Source: Deltaproteobacteria bacterium (GTDB taxonomy: Bacteria > Myxococcota_A > Polyangia > HGW-17). From it: 64,000 nt of DNA. Both the position numbers and the translations under genes were made by a program. The notes beneath the pieces were generated by a model that was not told the origin of the DNA, ran no database searches, and worked only from the letters and a program-made list of their open reading frames with translations. Location of the stretch: positions 623 to 64,622 of the forward strand of contig JAQICJ010000292.1 of the NCBI GenBank assembly GCA_027858615.1. The letters run 5' to 3'. Positions 39,761 through 50,068 of this stretch are shown here, piece after piece. Position 1 is the first letter of the stretch. Every line of letters begins with the position of its first letter.

Positions 39761-39769
39761 CTAATTTCC

Positions 39770-41071
39770 TTATTGTGTCCGGCCAGATAAGTATTCAGGC
39801 AGATAAGTGTTGATGTTTTTGACAAAAGCCCTGAAATACAATTTATAAAAGTTAAAATAAAAAGAAAATCTGTTCATATTTTCCGGAGGCAGCACCAGGT
39901 GGAGAAAATCCCATTTCCTGATCTTGTTGGTCGTCAATTTTTCCCGGTACTTCTCATAAATTTCGGTTCCCGGCAAGGGCAGAAAGATGGAAAGGGTATA
40001 GGTGTTTATTTTCATCTTTTTGATCCACCTGCCCATTTTCTTGAAATCGCGGCAGGTAGCATCTGGTTTGATCATGAACAGAGCGGTCAGATTTATCCCG
40101 TTTTCCCGCAAGTATTTGACACAAAGGTTGTTCTGGTTGGCTTTCACCCCTTTTTCGTATTGATCGAGGGTTTTATCTTCAGTGGCTTCCAGCCCGACGA
40201 TTATGTCGATTACTCCCGCCTGACGCAGAGCAGGAAGCAGATCACTGTTTTCAGCTATGAAATCAGCTCGACTGTAAACGATAAATTTTTTCCGAATTTT
40301 GTTTTGATGAAGTTGTTCAATAAATTTTTCCACTCTTTTGCGCTTGAGCAGAAAGGTATCGTCGATGATCCAGATTAAATCATGTTCGATGGTTTTCAGT
40401 TCATGGATTACATCTGTTATTTTTCGGGGGAGATATTGTTGATCATTCAGCATTCGGCAATAACAGAAATTGCATTTGAAGGGACAACCCCAGGCTGTTT
40501 TCAGCAGAGCAACGGGTCCATAATTCAAATATCTGAATTTTTGTATGTTTTTCCGAAAATAGCTTCTGTTGGGCAGGGGCAGTTTTTCCGGGTTTAATTT
40601 TAACTTTTTGTTGGTTTTCCAGGTTTTTCCCTGCCTGTACCTGATGCCTTCTGTCAAAGGCCAGGATTTTGTAGAAAAATTGTGGGCAAGCAGCTTGGAA
40701 AAAGGTTGGATTCCCCCGGAACAACTTAGAATATCAAAATAGGGAGTTTGGAGATTCCGGTAATTTAATTCCACATGAACTCCCCCGGCCATGACCAGAA
40801 TTTTCGGGTTGAACAATTTTACCCTTCTGGCAATTTTTTTTATTTCATCTTCAGCGGTAAGATATCCGGTTATCGCAACCAGATCCGGTTTGAATTTCAA
40901 TAATTTTTTGATGAGAACAAAAGCCGAGGCGGGTTGATCGCAGATGGAATACCTGTGTCCCTGTCTGGAAATGATTGTTGCGAGGTATTCAAGAGCCAGG
41001 GGTTCGGTGATAACTGGATTGAACAGGGAGAAAATAGATTTGTAGGCAGGGCGCACCAGAAGAATTTTCAT
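39770..41071 (-). CDS. B12-binding-domain radical SAM enzyme.
   Basis: N-terminal Rossmann-like B12-binding region (MKILLVRPAY...VAITGYLT...) and the radical-SAM CxxxCxxC cluster AWGCPFKCNFCYC. 9-bp gap to the downstream methyltransferase. Confidence 0.85.
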   Translation of the reverse strand: MKILLVRPAYKSIFSLFNPVITEPLALEYLATIISRQGHRYSICDQPASAFVLIKKLLKFKPDLVAITGYLTAEDEIKKIARRVKLFNPKILVMAGGVHVELNYRNLQTPYFDILSCSGGIQPFSKLLAHNFSTKSWPLTEGIRYRQGKTWKTNKKLKLNPEKLPLPNRSYFRKNIQKFRYLNYGPVALLKTAWGCPFKCNFCYCRMLNDQQYLPRKITDVIHELKTIEHDLIWIIDDTFLLKRKRVEKFIEQLHQNKIRKKFIVYSRADFIAENSDLLPALRQAGVIDIIVGLEATEDKTLDQYEKGVKANQNNLCVKYLRENGINLTALFMIKPDATCRDFKKMGRWIKKMKINTYTLSIFLPLPGTEIYEKYREKLTTNKIRKWDFLHLVLPPENMNRFSFYFNFYKLYFRAFVKNINTYLPEYLSGRTQ

Positions 41072-41085
41072 TAAACTATCGGGTT

Positions 41086-42327
41086 CTATTTGTCATCAAG
41101 TTTTTTTTGCAGCAATTTGCCCAAAGATCCCATGCCGCCTTTGTTTTTGTTTTTATTTTTTTCTTTGAATTGAGTGTATAGTTTATTTTCTTCATTTTCA
41201 GGAGCCTGGTTGGAGTCACCGGGCATTGCCAGAGAAATACGGCGTTTCACCGGATCAACACTTTCAATTTTTACTTCTATTTCCTGTCCTTCTTTCAAAA
41301 CCTGAGCTGGAAATTTAACTTTTTTGCCGCCGTTTGTGATTTTTGAAATGTGCAAAAGTCCGTCAATGCCATCTGTTAGAGTAATAAAAGCTCCGTATGA
41401 TTCCAGTCGGGCAACTTTGGCTTTGTGAACTGAATCGACTGGGAAAAGCTGGGTAAGAGATTCCCAGGGATTATCGAGGGTGTTTTTGAGGCTGAAGGAA
41501 TGACGGTTGTTTTCCCAGTCAAGGGACATGATTTCCACATCGACAATTTGTCCCACCTGCAGGTAGTTACTGACGTCTTCAACCCGATTGTAGGAAATAT
41601 GGGAAATGGGGATCAATCCTTCAACTCCGCCTACATCTACAAAAGCTCCAAATTTTTGCAGAGAGGTGATTTTGCCTTCGATTGTCTGTCCCACCTGCAA
41701 TTTTTCTTTGAGTATTTCCTTCTTTTCTTCTTCTTCCTCTTCCAGGAGATTTCTTCTGGAAACAACGATATTTCTGCCTTTTTCAGAGAATTCAATTATG
41801 TGGAAGGTAAGATGGGTGCCAATGAATTTGGAATTGTCGTCGGAACGCCTCAGGGTCATCTGAGAAAAGGGACAGAATCCGCGTTTATTACCCGGGAGTT
41901 TGATTTCGTAGCCTCCCTTTATTTCTTGTTCAACATAGGCTTCAATGGGAATTTCATTGTGGTAGGCATTTTCCAGTTGTTCAATTCCTGCATCCCGGCC
42001 ACCGCCAATTTTCTTGGTAAAATGATATTCCCCATTCTTGGTATAAACAAAGAAACAATCAATGTAGTCTCCGGTTTTAACTTCAAGATTTCCATCCTTG
42101 TCTTCCAGTTCTTCCCGGGAGATAACCCCTTCTCCTTTTCTGCCGATGTCGAGAAAAGCCCATTCATCTGAAATAGTAACTAGTTTGGCTGAGATTTTCT
42201 CTCCAGGTTCGTATCGTTCAAAGTTTGCAGGCTGGTTGTTCAACATTTTTGAAAAATCTGAATTTTCTGGAGTTTTAGAATTGGTTGGATCCATTATGTT
42301 TCCTTTGATAAGTTCCTTGACGTTCAA
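41086..42327 (-). CDS. Multi-S1-domain RNA-binding protein (ribosomal protein S1-like, ~4 S1 domains).
   Basis: Repeated S1 OB-fold signatures (GQTIEGKITSLQKFGAFVDVGGVEGLIPISHIS; AKVARLESYGAFITLTDGIDGLLHISKI). 14-bp gap to the rSAM gene. Confidence 0.75.
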   Translation of the reverse strand: MNVKELIKGNIMDPTNSKTPENSDFSKMLNNQPANFERYEPGEKISAKLVTISDEWAFLDIGRKGEGVISREELEDKDGNLEVKTGDYIDCFFVYTKNGEYHFTKKIGGGRDAGIEQLENAYHNEIPIEAYVEQEIKGGYEIKLPGNKRGFCPFSQMTLRRSDDNSKFIGTHLTFHIIEFSEKGRNIVVSRRNLLEEEEEEKKEILKEKLQVGQTIEGKITSLQKFGAFVDVGGVEGLIPISHISYNRVEDVSNYLQVGQIVDVEIMSLDWENNRHSFSLKNTLDNPWESLTQLFPVDSVHKAKVARLESYGAFITLTDGIDGLLHISKITNGGKKVKFPAQVLKEGQEIEVKIESVDPVKRRISLAMPGDSNQAPENEENKLYTQFKEKNKNKNKGGMGSLGKLLQKKLDDK

Positions 42328-42367
42328 TTTGCCTGCAGAATTGTTTTGCTGTCAGTTAGTTTTCATC

Positions 42368-42500
42368 TCAGAATGGTTTTTTTTGACTGGATAAAAAGTT
42401 TGCCTCTGATGCGTACAGTAACTTCCCAGACATAGTTGCCACTATTTCAAGAAGTTGCGATAAAGCAGATGAGGTTAAATTCCATATTCAGGCGAATACC
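42368..42500 (-). mobile_element. Degenerate MITE-like repeat copy 4, in the same orientation as copy 3 and lacking the terminal inverted repeats.
   Basis: The internal core ...TTCGCCGACATAGTTG(A/C)CACTATTTCAAGAAGTT...AAAGCAGATGAGGT(A/T)AAATTCC... is shared with copy 3. Confidence 0.55.
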
Positions 42501-42891
42501 TTCCTTTTTGAGATGTAAACTAGTTAATTCTTGGAAAAGAAGCAAATTGAAACTGAATTTTTTGTTCGGTTTAAATCCGGATAGGGTTAGTGCTCTGATT
42601 AGGAGTCAGGCAAAAATAAACTGGAAAATTCCCCGTAAATCTGCCGAAAGAAAAATCAGTAGCTGATTAATAAAACAATAAAAGTACTTGATTTTATAAT
42701 TGCTGCTCCTGCCTTTAGCGAACAGACAGCAACTAATCATTAGCAGAAAAAAATCATTTGTGTCAAGGGTCTGGATTTTTTTAAATTTATTGATTATATG
42801 AATAATCAGTTTCTCGGACAAATATTGTTTTATTTGCCTGAGAAATTCTGATCTGTATATTTTATTTATACTTTAATCTCGGGTTTACAGA

Positions 42892-44118
42892 ATGAAACTT
42901 TTAGCTCCAGCAGGAAATTTTTCTTCGCTTGCCGCCGCCTTGAAAGCAGGTGCCGACAGTGTTTATTTTGGTACCAAATTATTGAATATGCGAGCCAGAG
43001 CTCGTAACTTCGAATTAAATCAACTAAAAAAAGTGGTGGAGCGTTGTCATGACTATGGTGCTGAATCCTGGTTGACTCTGAATATTCAAATCTATGACAA
43101 CGAAATAGAAACTGCAGAAAAAGTTTTAAACAGTGCGGCCCAGGCTGAAGTTGACGGAGTGATTGTCTGGGATCCGGCAGTAATTTCTTTGGCTGCCAAG
43201 ATGAATATCCCTTTCCATATCAGCACCCAGGCAAGTGTAGCCAATGTGGAAAGCGCCCTTTTTTATGAAAATCTTGGAGCCAAAGCTGTGGTTTTTGCCA
43301 GAGACTTAAGTCTTGAATCCATATCTCGGATTAAACAGAAGTTGAAAGCTCGGGGATCAAATTTAAAGATGGAATGTTTCGGCCATGGAGCCATGTGTGT
43401 TGCCGTGAGCGGTCGCTGTTTTCTCTCTCAGTTCATGTTCGGACAAAGTGGAAACAGGGGAGAATGTCTCCAGCCCTGTCGCAGAAGTTACGAGGTCAAG
43501 GACACAATTTCCGGCCAAAAATTGAGACTGGAAAACCACACCATCTTCAGTCCTCGTGATCTATGCACCATTCCCGTGTTAAATCAGATTATGGCCGCCG
43601 GGGTCGATCTGTTAAAAATTGAAGGCAGAAACCGCAGTGCCGATTATGTTTTTGAAGTAGTTAAAACTTATCGTCAAGCTTTAGATGCAGCTTCCCAGGG
43701 AAAACTGGACCAGAAAAAACAAAATCGCTTGGTTGATAATTTGAGAAAAATTTACAACAAAGGATTTCACACGGGATTTTATGAAAAACCTCCCGGGCCC
43801 ATGGGTTATTCCAGAGAAGAGAATTCCTCGGGATTGAGAAAAAAGTTTTATCTGGGGCGAATTGATAAGATCTATCGCAAGATTGCTGTTAATGATATCA
43901 TCGTTCATTCGGGACAGTTGAAAACAGGACAGAAAGTTCTGATTTTGGGCAAAACTACCGGAGTGGAAGCAACCACAGTAACTTCAATATATAATGATAA
44001 TCATCAAAGTGTAGAATTTGCAGAAAAAGGACAACTGGTAGGTGTAAAATTCGCCGGCAATCCTCATTTGCACTGTCAGGACAAAGTTTTTGTTTTTGAA
44101 AAACCAGGTAAATCATGA
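42892..44118 (+). CDS. Peptidase U32-family protein (collagenase-like / RNA-hydroxylation-associated YegQ/RlhA/TrhP family).
   Basis: MKLLAPAGN...AGADSVYFG, and E-x-F-x-H-G-A-L-C context in ECFGHGAMCVAVSGRCFLS, then ...LKIEGRNRSADYV. Confidence 0.8.
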   Translation: MKLLAPAGNFSSLAAALKAGADSVYFGTKLLNMRARARNFELNQLKKVVERCHDYGAESWLTLNIQIYDNEIETAEKVLNSAAQAEVDGVIVWDPAVISLAAKMNIPFHISTQASVANVESALFYENLGAKAVVFARDLSLESISRIKQKLKARGSNLKMECFGHGAMCVAVSGRCFLSQFMFGQSGNRGECLQPCRRSYEVKDTISGQKLRLENHTIFSPRDLCTIPVLNQIMAAGVDLLKIEGRNRSADYVFEVVKTYRQALDAASQGKLDQKKQNRLVDNLRKIYNKGFHTGFYEKPPGPMGYSREENSSGLRKKFYLGRIDKIYRKIAVNDIIVHSGQLKTGQKVLILGKTTGVEATTVTSIYNDNHQSVEFAEKGQLVGVKFAGNPHLHCQDKVFVFEKPGKS

Positions 44119-44891
44119 ATAAAGAAACAATCATCAACCAGCTATTTGCATCAACCAGATTTTCTATTATTGCAGGACCCTGTGCGGTTGAATCAGAACA
44201 ACAGTTAGATCTGCTGGCTCGCAAACTTTCTTTTCTGGGGGTTGAAATTTTCAGGGGAGGAGCCTTTAAAAGTCGGACTTCTCCCGACAGTTTTCAAGGT
44301 TTGGGAGTTAAAGGTCTGCAATTACTTCAAAAAATAGCCTCCAAATACAAGATGATTGCAATTTCCGAAATCATGAGTGAAAACCAGTTGGAAGCAGCAG
44401 CCAAATATGTTGATATTATGCAGGTTGGAGCTCGAAATATGCAAAATATCCCTTTGCTTAAAGCAATTGGCAAACAAAAAAAGCCCGTATTATTGAAAAG
44501 GGGGTTTGGCAGCACCATAAATGAAGTAGTGGAGGCTACCAAATATATTTCCGATCAGGGTAACCAAAAAATAATTCTCTGTGAAAGGGGCATCAGAACT
44601 TTTGAACCTGCAACCAGATTTACTCTGGACCTGTCTTCTGTTCCCATTTTCAAGGAAAAAACACCATATCCGGTATTTGTTGATCCATCCCATGCTTCCG
44701 GCAGGGCAAAGCTCGTTCCCTTTTTGAGCAGAGCCGCTCTGGCCATTGGAGCCGACGGTCTCATGATTGAAGTTCATGAAACCCCCCAAAAAGCACGTTC
44801 CGATGGTTTGCAGTCATTGACTCCGATTCAGTTCAGTAAATTGCTCGATTTTCTCAAGCCCATGGCCGGGCTGCTGGGAAAAAAAATCTAA
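44115..44891 (+). CDS. aroF: 3-deoxy-7-phosphoheptulonate (DAHP) synthase, short type I-beta (no regulatory domain).
   Basis: IAGPCAVESEQQ...FRGGAFKSRTSPDSFQGLG...QVGARNMQN...LLKRGFGSTI...ILCERGIRTFE...VFVDPSHASGR. The DPSHA(S/T)G and KPRTS motifs point to DAHPS rather than KDO8PS. Overlaps the U32 stop. Confidence 0.75.
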   Translation: MNKETIINQLFASTRFSIIAGPCAVESEQQLDLLARKLSFLGVEIFRGGAFKSRTSPDSFQGLGVKGLQLLQKIASKYKMIAISEIMSENQLEAAAKYVDIMQVGARNMQNIPLLKAIGKQKKPVLLKRGFGSTINEVVEATKYISDQGNQKIILCERGIRTFEPATRFTLDLSSVPIFKEKTPYPVFVDPSHASGRAKLVPFLSRAALAIGADGLMIEVHETPQKARSDGLQSLTPIQFSKLLDFLKPMAGLLGKKI

Positions 44892-47644
44892 ACTTCCTTA
44901 TCTTTTTTCAGGTATTTACCCGTAATCGAATCGGGATTGTTCATTATTTCCCCGGGAGTTCCCTCACCTGTTATCTGCCCGCCTTCATCTCCCCCGCCGG
45001 GACCAAGATCAATTATATAATCTGCCGCCTTGATTACATTGAGATTATGCTCAATTACTACCGCCGTTGCTCCTTTATCCACCAGAGAATGCAGTACTTC
45101 TATCAATTTCCCCACCTCATGCTGATGTAGTCCCGTGGTTGGTTCATCCAGAATATACAGGGTTCCCGGCAGACTTTTCTTTCCCAGTTCTCTTGAAATT
45201 TTAATTCTCTGGGCTTCACCTCCGGAAAGAGTGGTGGCCGGCTGTCCCAGTTGAATATAATCCAGTCCCACATTTTTCAGAATCCGGAGTTTTCTCTGCA
45301 AAGCTTCAAAGTTGGCAAAAAATTCAACTGCTTCTTCCACAGTCATTTCCAAAACCTCGGCTATATTTTTGCCTCTGTATTCTATGTCCAAGGTTTCCCG
45401 ATTGTATCTTCTGCCTTCACAAAGGTCGCACTTGACAAAAACATCCGGCAGGAAATGCATTTCAACCTTGATTATACCTTCTCCTCTGCAGGCTTCACAG
45501 CGTCCTCCCTTGACATTGAAACTGAAGCGTCCCTTTTGGTACCCTCTGGTTTTTGCTTCCGGCAGACAGGCAAAAATATCCCTGATCTGATCAAAGACCT
45601 TGGTATAGGTTGCTGGATTGGAGCGGGGAGTTCTGCCAATGGGGGACTGGTCGATCATTATGCATTTTTTGATCTTGTCGATATTTTTCATTCCATCTAT
45701 TTTACCTGCTTTTCCGGCTTTTTTACCCAGATGAACCGACAGGTGATTATAAAGGGTGTCCACTACCAGTGAACTTTTGCCTGAACCGGAAACTCCGGTG
45801 ACGCAAATGAGATTTTTATAAGGCAGTTTAAGATCGATATTTTTGAGATTATTGGTTCTGATATTTTTCAAATAAAAGAAATCTTTAATTTTTCTTCTGG
45901 TTTCAGGCTCTTTGATTTTCAGATCGCCCCTGAGATATTTGGCGGTAAGGGATTGTGATGCTTGCAACAATCTTTGGGGTGTACCTTGAAAAACCAGATT
46001 TCCTCCGTGTTTTCCCGAACCCGGTCCCAATTCGATCAGATGATCCGATTCTCTCATTGTCTGTTCATCATGTTCAATAACAATTACCGTATTTCCTCTG
46101 GATTGCAATTCTCTCAAAGTGTTGAGCAGTCTTCTGTTATCCTGCTGGTGCAATCCGATAGTGGGTTCATCCAGAACATAAATCACTCCCACCAGACCTC
46201 CTCCCAACTGACTGGCTAGTCTGATTCTCTGTGCTTCTCCTCCTGATACTGTAGACATTTCTCTGGACAGAGAAATGTAGTTCAATCCCACCTTGTTGAG
46301 GAATTTAAGCCGATGAACCAGTTCTTTGATCAGAGGAGCGGCCAGTTTGGCCCGCAGACCTGTGAATTTGATTTGCAGCAGCCATTGCAAAGCCGAACTA
46401 ATGGGCTTACGGGTGAAATCATCGATATTAATTCCTTCAATCTGAAAAGCCAGGGCTACGGGATTGAGTCTGGCTCCCTCGCACAGATCACATTCCTGGC
46501 TCTGCCTGAATCTGGCATAATTCTTTTTGAAACGTCCCCGGTAGTGTTCGCCCTGCTTGAGAATTTCCTTGATTCCAATCCAGTCAAGCTCGTCATCACC
46601 TTCAAACAGAGCCTTCCATCCCTGGGACGAAATTCTCTCCAGGGGAGTGTCAAGGTTAAATCCATATTTTTCTCCTACCACGGCAAAGGGATCACTCCAG
46701 GTTCTGAGGGCATATTTTTTGAAAGGAATCAAACCTCCCTGATTTATGGAAAGACTGCGGTTGGGAGCGATAAGATCAGGTTCATAATAATAAACAGAAC
46801 CGATTCCGTGGCACTTTTCACAGGAACCATCGGGACTGTTGAAGGAAAAGATATGGGGTTCGGGATCGGGAAGTCCGATCTGGTGAACGGAACAGGCCGA
46901 CTGAGTGTTATAGTATTTTTTTTCACCATCGGCAGTTTCGAAAATGAGCTTTCCATTGCCGTAAACCAACGCCAGTTCAACTGAATCCGCCAGCCTGGTT
47001 CGCATTTTCTTTTTAATTTTCAATCTGTCAACCACCGCCAGAATCGTATGTTTTTTGTTTTTTTCCAGAGTTGGAACTTCGTCTAGTTCATATATCCGGT
47101 TGTCAATTTTCAGTCTGGAAAAACCCTCTTTTCGGGCTTTTTTAATGATATTTTCGTGTCTTCCTTTTTTCCTGTTGACCAGAGGGGCGAGAAGATAGAA
47201 TTTTGTTCCCTCTTTGCCTTTGAGAATATCATCGACAATCTCTTCCCCTGTCTGTTTCTCGATTTTCCTGTTACAAACTGGACAATGGGGTTCCCCGAGC
47301 CGGGCAAAAAAGACCCTGAGAAAATCATGGATTTCAGTGACAGTTCCCACAGTTGAACGGGGGTTGCGAGTGCTGGCATATTGTTCGATGCTGATAGCCG
47401 GAGATAGTCCGTTGATTTCCTTGACTTTGGGTTTGTCGAGTTTTGGCAGAAACTGACGGGCATAGGCACTTAAAGATTCTACATAGCGTCTTTGACCTTC
47501 TGCATAGATTATATCAAATCCCAGAGTTGATTTTCCGGAACCGGAAGGACCGCAGACCACGATGAATTTTTCCCGGGGAATATCAAGATCAATATTTTTT
47601 AAATTATGTTCGGCTGCTTTTTTGATGGAAATATATTTTTTCAT
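44888..47644 (-). CDS. uvrA: Excinuclease ABC subunit A.
   Basis: Two ABC ATPase modules (GPSGSGKSTL; GVSGSGKSSL), zinc-finger cysteines (CPVCNRK ... CEKCHG; CEACRGEG...CDLCEG), 918 aa. Confidence 0.95.
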   Translation of the reverse strand: MKKYISIKKAAEHNLKNIDLDIPREKFIVVCGPSGSGKSTLGFDIIYAEGQRRYVESLSAYARQFLPKLDKPKVKEINGLSPAISIEQYASTRNPRSTVGTVTEIHDFLRVFFARLGEPHCPVCNRKIEKQTGEEIVDDILKGKEGTKFYLLAPLVNRKKGRHENIIKKARKEGFSRLKIDNRIYELDEVPTLEKNKKHTILAVVDRLKIKKKMRTRLADSVELALVYGNGKLIFETADGEKKYYNTQSACSVHQIGLPDPEPHIFSFNSPDGSCEKCHGIGSVYYYEPDLIAPNRSLSINQGGLIPFKKYALRTWSDPFAVVGEKYGFNLDTPLERISSQGWKALFEGDDELDWIGIKEILKQGEHYRGRFKKNYARFRQSQECDLCEGARLNPVALAFQIEGINIDDFTRKPISSALQWLLQIKFTGLRAKLAAPLIKELVHRLKFLNKVGLNYISLSREMSTVSGGEAQRIRLASQLGGGLVGVIYVLDEPTIGLHQQDNRRLLNTLRELQSRGNTVIVIEHDEQTMRESDHLIELGPGSGKHGGNLVFQGTPQRLLQASQSLTAKYLRGDLKIKEPETRRKIKDFFYLKNIRTNNLKNIDLKLPYKNLICVTGVSGSGKSSLVVDTLYNHLSVHLGKKAGKAGKIDGMKNIDKIKKCIMIDQSPIGRTPRSNPATYTKVFDQIRDIFACLPEAKTRGYQKGRFSFNVKGGRCEACRGEGIIKVEMHFLPDVFVKCDLCEGRRYNRETLDIEYRGKNIAEVLEMTVEEAVEFFANFEALQRKLRILKNVGLDYIQLGQPATTLSGGEAQRIKISRELGKKSLPGTLYILDEPTTGLHQHEVGKLIEVLHSLVDKGATAVVIEHNLNVIKAADYIIDLGPGGGDEGGQITGEGTPGEIMNNPDSITGKYLKKDKEV

Positions 47645-47915
47645 TGGAGATTATGCTCCGAGTTGATTGTTTCAGATTTTGATCGACTCACCAGTTTAAA
47701 TCAGGAAGGGACTAAAAAGTACTTTTTGACTTTTAATTATGCATCTTTATAGTAAAGTCTGATTCAATTCTGTTTTGAGTCTGGAACTGACTACCCTTTG
47801 CCGGGCCTTTAACTCAACTTGTATTTTACCGGTGTCAAACAAGCCGATTATTTGGCAACTATCTGGGCAGTTCGGGTTTTTGCTTCAGGTTCCAGTCTTT
47901 TAAATAAAACCTGTT

Positions 47916-48632
47916 TTGGAGGATAGAATGGAAATCGCATCAATATATCAAATATCAGCCCAGTCCCTCAATATAATGGAAATGATCCTCAATTCCAGGG
48001 GAATGGTTCTGCTCGATTTGATAGTTTTGATAATATTCAGTTTGCTAACCTGGTATATTATAGTGTTCAAGGGTGTTTTCTACTCCAAGATCAAAAAGAA
48101 CAATTCTCAGTTTCTAGAGAAGTTCTGGAGTGGCAATAATCTGGATCAAATTTTCAAATTCAGTAAAAACCTGCCGGGAAGTTCTTTGTCCCAACTGTAC
48201 AAAGCAGGTTACAACGAATTGATCCGATTGAAAAAAAGAACAAAAGATACGCCGGGAAGTCAGGGTGAAGATTTGAAAAACCTGGAAAGAGCGTTGCATA
48301 AATCTTCCATGGTGCAGATAACCAAGCTGGAATCACTTTTGCCGATCCTGGCTACAATTTCGGCTACAGCACCATTTCTGGGACTTTTTGGAACAGTTTG
48401 GGGGATAATGACAACCTTCAGTTCCATCGGTATTGAGGGAAATACTACTTTATCCACCGTGGCTCCGGGAATTGTGGATGCCCTGGTTACAACTGCTCTT
48501 GGTTTGATTGCAGCAATTCCGGCCACTATTGCCTATAACTATTTTTTGAGAAAGGTCAAATTGCAGATTGCAGATATGGAAACTTTCGCTAATGATTTTC
48601 TTAACATAGCCCAGAGAAAATTTTTCCAATAA
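47916..48632 (+). CDS. tolQ: MotA/TolQ/ExbB proton-channel protein (TolQ by context).
   Basis: Three-TM topology and conserved C-terminal TM pair (ATISATAPFLGLFGTVWGIM ... GIVDALVTTALGLIAAIPA). Confidence 0.85.
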   Translation: MEDRMEIASIYQISAQSLNIMEMILNSRGMVLLDLIVLIIFSLLTWYIIVFKGVFYSKIKKNNSQFLEKFWSGNNLDQIFKFSKNLPGSSLSQLYKAGYNELIRLKKRTKDTPGSQGEDLKNLERALHKSSMVQITKLESLLPILATISATAPFLGLFGTVWGIMTTFSSIGIEGNTTLSTVAPGIVDALVTTALGLIAAIPATIAYNYFLRKVKLQIADMETFANDFLNIAQRKFFQ

Positions 48633-48644
48633 GTTTAACTACCA

Positions 48645-49088
48645 ATGAAAATATCCAAACAAGCCCACAATGAAAATCTTTCTGAAATGAATCTGACTCC
48701 ACTTGTAGATGTGGTGATGGTTTTAATGATTATCTTCATGGTTACCGCTCCCCTGGAACCAGAAGGTATTGATCTGGATCTTCCTGATGCCGATGCGGCA
48801 ACTATTCCCAAAGATGATGGCAAACTCACCATTTACATGGAGCTCGATAAAACTATCACCATTACCGCCGGTGAAAAACAACTTATCACCACCGAATTGA
48901 AATCACTCAAAAATGTACTGCTCAATAAATTCAGCAACAAAAAAGAAGCCAATATCAAGGCAGACAAAGAGTTGAAATATGAGGAGATTATGAAATTGCT
49001 GGTGGAAGTCAGAAAAGGCGGAATAACCAAACTCGGTCTGCTGGTTAATAAAAAGAAGAAAGATAAAACTAAAGACAAAACTGAATAG
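48645..49088 (+). CDS. tolR: ExbD/TolR biopolymer-transport protein.
   Basis: MNLTPLVDVVMVLMIIFMVTAP (ExbD/TolR TM signature). Length 147 aa. Confidence 0.85.
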   Translation: MKISKQAHNENLSEMNLTPLVDVVMVLMIIFMVTAPLEPEGIDLDLPDADAATIPKDDGKLTIYMELDKTITITAGEKQLITTELKSLKNVLLNKFSNKKEANIKADKELKYEEIMKLLVEVRKGGITKLGLLVNKKKKDKTKDKTE

Positions 49089-49120
49089 TTCCTTAACAGG
49101 AAAATTCGTTCGAATTTTTA

Positions 49121-50068
49121 ATGAAAATTTCAAATCCTTTTCTCAAAAAAAATTTCAACCACCTGCTTTCAGGAAGTATCACCATTATTTTACATCTGAT
49201 AGCAGGATTTCTCCTGGCAAACAGTGTAGCTGGAAGTACCCCGGTAACTGAGGCTAAAAAGCCCGAAAAACCTCTACCTGTTTCCCTTGTTTCTCCGGAG
49301 ATCAATCCTCCGGTACAAGAGGTCAAGGTTGCAAAAAAGACAAAGTTGAATAAAAAGACCCGCAAAACCAGAACCTCTAAAACCAAAAAACATCAGGTGG
49401 TTAAAAAGGATGGAGCCAATGAGTTGGAAAAGAAAGAGGATGAAAAGGAAGAAAAAATAGATGACAGCGGAGTAGACTGCTCCCTTTTTGATGAAGCTTC
49501 CTGTTCACCTTGTCTGGCGGCTCCCGAGGTTTGCAAGGTATGCTGTAAAATCGAGGAAAAAAAAGAAGTAAAAGAAAGCACCCGAACCATTACCAACCAG
49601 TCAACTTGTGAAAATCCTCCCTGCGACAAAAAAGACCCCTGCACTTCAGAAGCTTTGGCAATCATGTCATCTTCTTTCTGTCCCAAAGTTAGAAGTAGTG
49701 TATATTCCCGTCTGGGCAGAATTACCCTCAGGGGAGTGGGCAACAATAAGTTTCTGGCAGCTCGAATTTCCGTTTCTGTCAGTTCCACCGGTTCAATTTC
49801 CCTTTCTTCCTTTTTGAAAAGTTCAGGCAATGGCAAATTCGATGCAGCCATCAGAAAAGCGGTCAAAGGGGCAAGCAGGGTGCTTCCTCCCACCAAAATA
49901 ACTGCTTGTGTGACCACCCGTGGTTGTATTTTTAATGTTACTATTGGAGCTCGCAAAGTTGATAATTCCAAATCAACCATAAAACTTGACAATAAAAAAC
50001 CAGACAGCAATAAAGATAAAAACAAAAAATCTACAGAAGGAAAAACTTCTGGGAAGGATAAATCATGA
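49121..50068 (+). CDS. TolA/TonB-like energy-transducer protein.
   Basis: N-terminal TM anchor, Pro/Lys/Glu-rich spacer and a C-terminal TonB-family domain (...SSGNGKFDAAIRKAVKGASRVLPP). Placed between tolR and tolB, so TolA is the likely call. Confidence 0.55.
   Translation: MKISNPFLKKNFNHLLSGSITIILHLIAGFLLANSVAGSTPVTEAKKPEKPLPVSLVSPEINPPVQEVKVAKKTKLNKKTRKTRTSKTKKHQVVKKDGANELEKKEDEKEEKIDDSGVDCSLFDEASCSPCLAAPEVCKVCCKIEEKKEVKESTRTITNQSTCENPPCDKKDPCTSEALAIMSSSFCPKVRSSVYSRLGRITLRGVGNNKFLAARISVSVSSTGSISLSSFLKSSGNGKFDAAIRKAVKGASRVLPPTKITACVTTRGCIFNVTIGARKVDNSKSTIKLDNKKPDSNKDKNKKSTEGKTSGKDKS

Noticed and set aside
44115-44891. KDO-8-phosphate synthase (kdsA) as an alternative identity for the 258-aa AroG/KdsA-fold protein.
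   Set aside because: The motifs KSRTSPDSFQGLG, ARNMQN and especially DPSHASGR match type I-beta DAHP synthases rather than KdsA (which has ...DVTHALQ...). A profile search would settle it.
49121-50068. Calling the third Tol-cluster gene specifically TonB (an ExbB-ExbD-TonB system) rather than TolA.
   Set aside because: The C-terminal domain is generic to the TonB/TolA family. The presence of TolB immediately downstream and the absence of a TonB-box receptor nearby favour Tol, but the call is left as 'TolA/TonB-like'. Pal was not found in the window (HU follows tolB).
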